Shown here: positions 58,529 to 64,000 of the stretch, piece after piece
Numbering within the stretch: position 1 is the first letter of the stretch
How the letters are laid out: every line of letters starts with the position of its first letter
Source of the DNA: Alphaproteobacteria bacterium
Lineage (GTDB): Bacteria > Pseudomonadota > Alphaproteobacteria > GCA-2731375
DNA: 64,000 bases
Direction of reading: 5' to 3'
Assembly: GCA_965232515.1 (NCBI GenBank)
Contig: CBDDPY010000002.1
Coordinates: 5,376,001-5,440,000 of the forward strand
The notes under the pieces: generated by a model
The model's input: the letters and a program-made list of their open reading frames with translations, nothing else
Told to the model about the DNA's origin: nothing
Database searches by the model: none
Program-made: the position numbers and the translations under genes

Positions 58529-60961
58529 TCAAATCAGCCGCGTCGCTTCGTCGATAAGGTCTTCTGCAGCCTCGCCCAACAGGTCTTCCATGGCCTGCCC
58601 GTAGACCGGTTCCTTGCCGATCTCCAGCATCAGCGGCACCGCCAGCGGCGACACCCGGTCGAGGCGCCGGTGCTCGATTCGCCCCTGAATCCGGGCCAGC
58701 ATGTCGGCAACGCGGCGGATGTCGAGCAGGCCCGTCGCCGCGTCGGCATAAGTCGCGCGCAGCAGCACATGGTCCGGCTGATAGCGCCGCAGGACGTCGT
58801 AGATCAGATCAGAGCTGAAGGTCACCTGCCGGCCTGACTTCTCCTGGCCGGGATAGCGGCGGTCGATCAGGCCGGCGATCACCGCGACGTTGCGGAACGT
58901 GCGCTTCATCAGATTCGATTCGGCCAACCAGGTTTCCAAGTCGTCGCCCAGCATGTCCTCCTCGAACAGCGCGTCCAGGCCGTCCGGCTCGCGCAGGCTC
59001 CAGACGGCGAGCGCGTATTCGCTGGCAACGAATCCCAACGGCCCGTGGCCGGCGCGCTCCATGCGCCGCGTCAGCAGCATGCCCAGCGTCTGGTGCGCCA
59101 GACGGCCCTCGAACGGATAGGCGACGAGATAATGCTTGTTGCCGCGCGGAAAGGTCTCGACCAGCAGACCGTCGGCCGCCGGCAGCACCGAACGCCAACG
59201 CTGGAACTTCAGCCACTCCCGCACCTGCGGCGGCAGGCGGCGCTGCCGCTTCGGCTCGGCCAGCATCTCGCGCACGCGGGCCGCCAGATAGGTCGATAAG
59301 GGAAACTTGCCGCCGTAGTAGGACGGGATCTTGGCATCCGTGCCGGTGGCGCGGCTGACGATCGCGGTCATCTCGCGCAAGCCCTCGAACCGCAGTACTT
59401 CGCCCGAGAAGATGAAGGTGTCGCCGACCGTCAGCTGCTCGATGAACCATTCCTCGATCTGGCCCAGTTCGCGGCCGCGCCGCAGCCGCACCTTCAGCAT
59501 CGGCTCGGCGACGATGGCGCCGGCATTCATGCGGTACTGCCGCGCCACCAGGCCGTTGGCGACGGTGTAGCAGCCGTCGGCGTCCTGCTTCAGCCGGTGG
59601 TAGCGCTCGTAGCGCCGGAGCGCGTAGCCGCCGGTGGCGACGAAATCGACCACGTCGTCGAAGGTCTCGCGCGGCAGGCCGGCATAGGGTTGCGCCCGGC
59701 GCACCTCGTCGTAGAGGGCGTCCGCGTGGAACGGCGCCGCGCAGGCCGCGCCCAGAATTTGCTGCGCCAGCACGTCGAGCGTGCCGGGCCGCGGCGCGTC
59801 GCCGTCGAGCTCGCCCACCATCACGGCCTCGGCCGCCGCCTGGCATTCCAGCACCTCGAAGCGGTTCGACGGCACCAGCAGCGCCCGGCTCGGTGCATCG
59901 AGCCGGTGGTTGGCACGGCCGATGCGCTGGACCAGCCGGCTCAGGCCCTTCGGCGCGCCGATCTGGATCACCAGATCGACGGCGCCCCAGTCGATGCCCA
60001 GGTCCAGCGTGGAGGTGCAGACGACGGCCCGCAGGTCGCCGCGCGTCATCGCCGCTTCGACCTTGCGGCGCTGTTCCGGCGACAGCGAGCCGTGGTGCAG
60101 CGCGATCGCCAGGTTGTCCTGGTTCAGCCGCCACAGCTCCTGGAAGACGAATTCGGCCTGGGCCCGGGTGTTGACGAACACCAGCGAGGTCTTGTGCTTG
60201 TCGATGGCTTCCATGACCTCGGGCAGGGCATGCTTCGCCATGTGCCCGGCCCAGGGCACGCGCGTTTGCGACGACAGGATGCCGATCTCGGGGCGTGGCC
60301 CCGGCCCGCCCGAGATCAGCCGCGCCGTCGCGCCGCAACCGATATAGCGGGTCAGCGCCTCCGGCTGCGCCACCGTCGCCGAGAGACCGATGCGGGTGGC
60401 GCGCGGCGCCAGTGTCGTCAGCCGTGCCAGACCCAGTGCCAGCAGGTCGCCGCGCTTCACGCCGGCCAGCGCGTGCAGCTCGTCGATCACCACATAGCGC
60501 AGGTGCGCGAAGAACCTGTCCGCATCGCGGTAGGAGAGCATCAGCGACAGCTGCTCGGGTGTGGTCAGCAGAATGTCGGGCGGGTTGTTGCGCTGGCGCT
60601 GCCGGCGTGCCTGCGGCGTGTCGCCGGTGCGGGTCTCGATACGGATCGGCAGACCCATTTCCGTGACCGGCGTTTCCAGGTTGCGGCGGATATCGATCGC
60701 CAGCGCTTTCAATGGCGACAGATAGAGCGTGTGTAGGCGCGCCTTGCGGTCGGCCGGTAGTTCCGCCAGATCCAGCAGGCTCGGCAGGAAACCGGCCAGC
60801 GTCTTGCCGCCGCCGGTCGGCGCCGTCAGCAGCACATGCTCGCTCGCCCGCGCCGCCGCCAGCACCGCGAGCTGATGCGACCGCGGTTCCCAGCCGCGCT
60901 GCGCGAACCAGTCGTCGAAGGCCGGCAGCAGCGCCGGCGATTGCGGTGCGATGACGTCCAT
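58529..60961 (-). CDS. lhr: Ligase-associated Lhr-core DEXH helicase
   Basis: APTGGGKT, SPLKAL, TTPE, DELH, GLSAT, HHGSL, LDLGID, QRIGRANH. Confidence 0.93.
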   Translation of the reverse strand: MDVIAPQSPALLPAFDDWFAQRGWEPRSHQLAVLAAARASEHVLLTAPTGGGKTLAGFLPSLLDLAELPADRKARLHTLYLSPLKALAIDIRRNLETPVTEMGLPIRIETRTGDTPQARRQRQRNNPPDILLTTPEQLSLMLSYRDADRFFAHLRYVVIDELHALAGVKRGDLLALGLARLTTLAPRATRIGLSATVAQPEALTRYIGCGATARLISGGPGPRPEIGILSSQTRVPWAGHMAKHALPEVMEAIDKHKTSLVFVNTRAQAEFVFQELWRLNQDNLAIALHHGSLSPEQRRKVEAAMTRGDLRAVVCTSTLDLGIDWGAVDLVIQIGAPKGLSRLVQRIGRANHRLDAPSRALLVPSNRFEVLECQAAAEAVMVGELDGDAPRPGTLDVLAQQILGAACAAPFHADALYDEVRRAQPYAGLPRETFDDVVDFVATGGYALRRYERYHRLKQDADGCYTVANGLVARQYRMNAGAIVAEPMLKVRLRRGRELGQIEEWFIEQLTVGDTFIFSGEVLRFEGLREMTAIVSRATGTDAKIPSYYGGKFPLSTYLAARVREMLAEPKRQRRLPPQVREWLKFQRWRSVLPAADGLLVETFPRGNKHYLVAYPFEGRLAHQTLGMLLTRRMERAGHGPLGFVASEYALAVWSLREPDGLDALFEEDMLGDDLETWLAESNLMKRTFRNVAVIAGLIDRRYPGQEKSGRQVTFSSDLIYDVLRRYQPDHVLLRATYADAATGLLDIRRVADMLARIQGRIEHRRLDRVSPLAVPLMLEIGKEPVYGQAMEDLLGEAAEDLIDEATRLI

Positions 60962-61042
60962 GCCACCCTATATAACCCGTTCGCCAGGCATCCGTACCTT
61001 CCCGAAGCCGGCGTTCCCGCACCGTCCGGAGTCGTTACCCGC

Positions 61043-62305
61043 ATGTTCGCCGGCCGCGCCATGCTGATCTTTGTCCTGTTCGCGATGCTCTATGGCGTCG
61101 GTCAATTCCATCGCGTGGCGACGGGCGTTGTGGTGACAGAGATCGAGCGCGAGCTGGCCTTCAGCGCCGATACGCTGGCCACGATCAGCGCCGTCCTGTT
61201 CCTGGCGGCGGCGCTTGTCCAGGTGCCGGTGGGCGTCGCGCTCGACCGCTACGGTCCGCGGCGTACCGTGCCGGCACTGCTGGTGCTGGCCGTGATCGGT
61301 ACGCTGACCTTCGCTTTGGCGCATACGGCGCCGGGCCTGATAATCGGCCGAATTCTATTGGGCGTCGGCTACGGCGCGGTGCTGATGGGCGGCTTCGTGA
61401 TCTTCGCCCGTTGGGTGCCGCCCGAACGTTTCGCGACCGCTACGGCCATGATGATCGCCTGCGGCAGCTTCGGCGGTTTGCTGGCGACGTCACCGCTTGC
61501 CGCGCTTGTCGAGCTGGTCGGCTGGCGATCGACCTTCGTTGGCGTCGCCGCGCTGACCGGCCTTCTGGCCGTCCTGGTCGCAACGTTTGTGCGCGATGCG
61601 CCGCCCGGCTATCGCGAGACCGGCGCCCGGCCGACGACACTGGCGGCTAGTCTGCGCGGCTTGGCCGACGTGCTGCGCAAGCGTCAGATGCGCTACATCC
61701 TGGCCATGGCGCTGGTCGGCTACGGTTCCGGCATGACCGTGCTGGGGCTTTGGGGCGGGCCGTTTTTGAGCGACTTGTTCGGCCTCGATGCCATCGCGCG
61801 CGGCCACGTGCTGTTCGCCATGGCGCTCGCTGGTCCGCTGTCGGTCGCCGTCGTCGGCCCGCTCGACCACCGCTTCAATACGCGAAAACGGATCGTCCTG
61901 GCGCTCGGCATCGGCCAGGTGCTGGTGCTGGCGGCGCTGGCGCTTTTCGGTAGCGCCAGCCTGGCCGTGGCCATTGTCGGCCTGGTGCTGATCATGGTGA
62001 CCCAGGCCTTCAACGTCACGCTCGCCGCCCATTGCCGCGCGGTGTTTCCGGACCATCTTGTCGGCAGGGCGAACACCATGGTGAACATGGCGGCAATTCT
62101 GGGCGTGGCGATCATGCAGTTTACGACCGGGCTGATTATCGAGGCGTTTCCGGCCGAGACCGGGATCGCCGATCCGTTGGCCTACCGGCTGTTGTTCGGC
62201 ATGCTGGCGCTGATGGTTGCGGCGGCCGCGCTCGTCTATGCTCGTGTCGAGGACGCGCCGCCGTTCGCCGATCGCGAACGCCTGCGTGGCGCGGAACAGA
62301 CCTGA
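61043..62305 (+). CDS. MFS transporter
   Basis: GVALDRYGPRR motif A and about 12 hydrophobic segments. Confidence 0.9.
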   Translation: MFAGRAMLIFVLFAMLYGVGQFHRVATGVVVTEIERELAFSADTLATISAVLFLAAALVQVPVGVALDRYGPRRTVPALLVLAVIGTLTFALAHTAPGLIIGRILLGVGYGAVLMGGFVIFARWVPPERFATATAMMIACGSFGGLLATSPLAALVELVGWRSTFVGVAALTGLLAVLVATFVRDAPPGYRETGARPTTLAASLRGLADVLRKRQMRYILAMALVGYGSGMTVLGLWGGPFLSDLFGLDAIARGHVLFAMALAGPLSVAVVGPLDHRFNTRKRIVLALGIGQVLVLAALALFGSASLAVAIVGLVLIMVTQAFNVTLAAHCRAVFPDHLVGRANTMVNMAAILGVAIMQFTTGLIIEAFPAETGIADPLAYRLLFGMLALMVAAAALVYARVEDAPPFADRERLRGAEQT

Positions 62306-62318
62306 GGTCCGCCGGATC

Positions 62319-63326
62319 ATGATCAAGCCACAGGATCTGCTGCGGCCGACAGCCGCCGGCCTTTATTGCCCGCCCGGCGACTTCTATATCGATCCGGTGC
62401 AGCCGGTCGCGCGCGCCATCGTCACGCACGGCCATGCCGATCATGCGCGGCCCGGCCACGGCGCCGTGCTGGCGACGCCGGCGACGCTCGACATCATGGC
62501 GCTCCGCATGGGCGACGATGCCGGCCGAGAACGCCAGCCGCTGGACTACGGCGACCGCATCAAGCTGAACGGCGTCGACGTCTGGCTCGCGCCGGCCGGC
62601 CACGTGCTCGGCAGTGCTCAGGTCGCAGTCGAGCACGGCGGCTGCCGCATTGTCGTCTCGGGCGACTACAAGCGCCGGCCGGACCCGACCTGCGCCGGCT
62701 TCGAGCCCGTGCCCTGCGATGTCTTCGTCAGCGAGGCGACATTCGCGCTGCCGGTGTTCCGCCATCCGCCGGATGCGGACGAGATCGACAAGCTGCTGGC
62801 CTCGATGCGCCTGTTTCCCGAACGCTGCCACCTGCTTGGCGTCTATGCGCTGGGCAAGGCGCAGCGCGTGCTGGCGGTGTTGCGGCAAGCCGGGTACGAC
62901 GCGCCGATCTATCTGCACGGCGCGCTGACCGCCATGTGCGAGCTCTACCGCCGCCATGGCATCGACCTCGGCGAGCTGCGGCTGGTGGCCGACACCGACA
63001 AGGCCGATCTCGCCGGCCAGTTGGTGCTGGCGCCGCCGTCCGCGCTGCAGGACCGCTGGACCCGGCGTCTGCCCGACCCGCTGCCGGCCTTCGCCTCGGG
63101 CTGGATGGGCGTGCGCGCACGGGCCCGGCAGCGCGCCGTCGAGCTGCCGCTGATCATCTCCGACCACGCCGACTGGGATGAGTTGACCGCGACGACGGAC
63201 GAGCTGGCGCCGGCCGAGATCTGGGTCACGCACGGGCGTGAAGAGGCGCTGGTGCATTATGCCCGGAGCCGGGGCCAGCGGGCGCAGGCCCTGGCGCTCG
63301 TCGGCTATGACGAGGACGCGGCGTGA
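62319..63326 (+). CDS. Ligase-associated DNA damage response exonuclease (MBL/beta-CASP)
   Basis: THGHADH, PAGHVLGS, SGDYK, EATF, YALGKAQR, ASGWM, SDHADW, VTHG. Confidence 0.92.
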   Translation: MIKPQDLLRPTAAGLYCPPGDFYIDPVQPVARAIVTHGHADHARPGHGAVLATPATLDIMALRMGDDAGRERQPLDYGDRIKLNGVDVWLAPAGHVLGSAQVAVEHGGCRIVVSGDYKRRPDPTCAGFEPVPCDVFVSEATFALPVFRHPPDADEIDKLLASMRLFPERCHLLGVYALGKAQRVLAVLRQAGYDAPIYLHGALTAMCELYRRHGIDLGELRLVADTDKADLAGQLVLAPPSALQDRWTRRLPDPLPAFASGWMGVRARARQRAVELPLIISDHADWDELTATTDELAPAEIWVTHGREEALVHYARSRGQRAQALALVGYDEDAA

Positions 63327-64000
63327 AGGCCTTCGCCGGCCTGCTCGACCGCCTGTCGTTTCAGCCTCAGCGCCTCGGCAAGCTGCGGCTGATCGAGGAC
63401 TACTTCGCCGCGACGCCGGACCCCGACCGCGGTTACGCGCTGGCCGCGATGACCCGCGGCCTGACGTTCCGGCATGCCAAGCCGGCGCTGATCCGTGGGT
63501 TGGTGGCGGAGCGGGTCGATCCCGTGCTGTTCGAGCTGTCCTACGACTATGTCGGCGATCTGGCCGAGACCGTCGCCTTGATCTGGCCCGCCCCGACCGT
63601 AGAGACCGCGCCGCCGCCATCGCTCGCCGAGGTCGTCACGCGGCTACAGGACACCGGAAAGACAGCGCTGCCGGGGCTTCTGGCCGGCTGGCTGGATGCG
63701 CTCGACGTCACGGGGCGCTGGGCGCTGATCAAGCTGATGACCGGCGGCTTGCGGATCGGCGTTTCGGCGCGGCTTGCCAAGACCGCGCTCGCCGGCTTCG
63801 GCAATCTCTCCGTGGACGATGTCGAGGAGGTCTGGCACGGCCAGGTGCCGCCCTACGAGGCGCTGTTCGCCTGGGCCGAGGGCCGTGGCGACCGGCCCGT
63901 GGTGCGCGCAGCCGGCGGCTTCCGGCCGGTGATGCTGGCGCAGCCGTTGGATGAGGCGGCGCTTTCGGGCCTTGATGCCTCCGCCTATCTCGCCGAGTGG
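63323..64000 (+). CDS. ATP-dependent DNA ligase (5' part; runs off window end)
   Basis: Absent from the ORF track. GTGA overlap with the exonuclease stop. Translates MKAFAGLLDRLSF..DPDRGYALAA..SYDYVGDLAETVAL..GLRIGVS..FRPVMLAQ..YLAEW and is cut off just before the expected KxDG motif. Confidence 0.9.
   Translation, partial: MKAFAGLLDRLSFQPQRLGKLRLIEDYFAATPDPDRGYALAAMTRGLTFRHAKPALIRGLVAERVDPVLFELSYDYVGDLAETVALIWPAPTVETAPPPSLAEVVTRLQDTGKTALPGLLAGWLDALDVTGRWALIKLMTGGLRIGVSARLAKTALAGFGNLSVDDVEEVWHGQVPPYEALFAWAEGRGDRPVVRAAGGFRPVMLAQPLDEAALSGLDASAYLAEW

Overview
High-GC chromosomal window that looks alphaproteobacterial (Rhodospirillales-like, inferred from gene content: PodJ-like protein, PleC/DivJ-type kinase, frcBCA/ROK sugar locus, GTCAT...ATCCA REP elements). 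About 58 protein genes, mostly catabolic or housekeeping, one IS30-family element, and three families of short palindromic repeats. No rRNA, tRNA or CRISPR array was seen. Most notable: (1) a divergent three-gene locus (28008-31247). It encodes an exported protein with 60 cysteines in (CNPCAAKA)n repeats fused to a cytochrome P460-type heme domain. This gene faces a secreted FGE/SUMF1-family protein and a His-rich unknown protein, and each repeat block contains exactly one CxPxR motif, the FGE recognition sequence. (2) Nine copies of an AT-rich 25-bp repeat with an invariant GACAGTA core, in three identical forward/reverse/forward triads, always between convergent genes. (3) A stand-alone NpRdhA-type catabolic reductive dehalogenase preceded by a structured candidate sRNA. 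(4) A tandem duplication of an unknown His-rich secreted protein, in which the promoter motifs and terminator were duplicated too. (5) An IS30 element inserted into a REP, whose transposase takes its stop codon from the REP. All product calls come from motif recognition by eye; no database searches were run.
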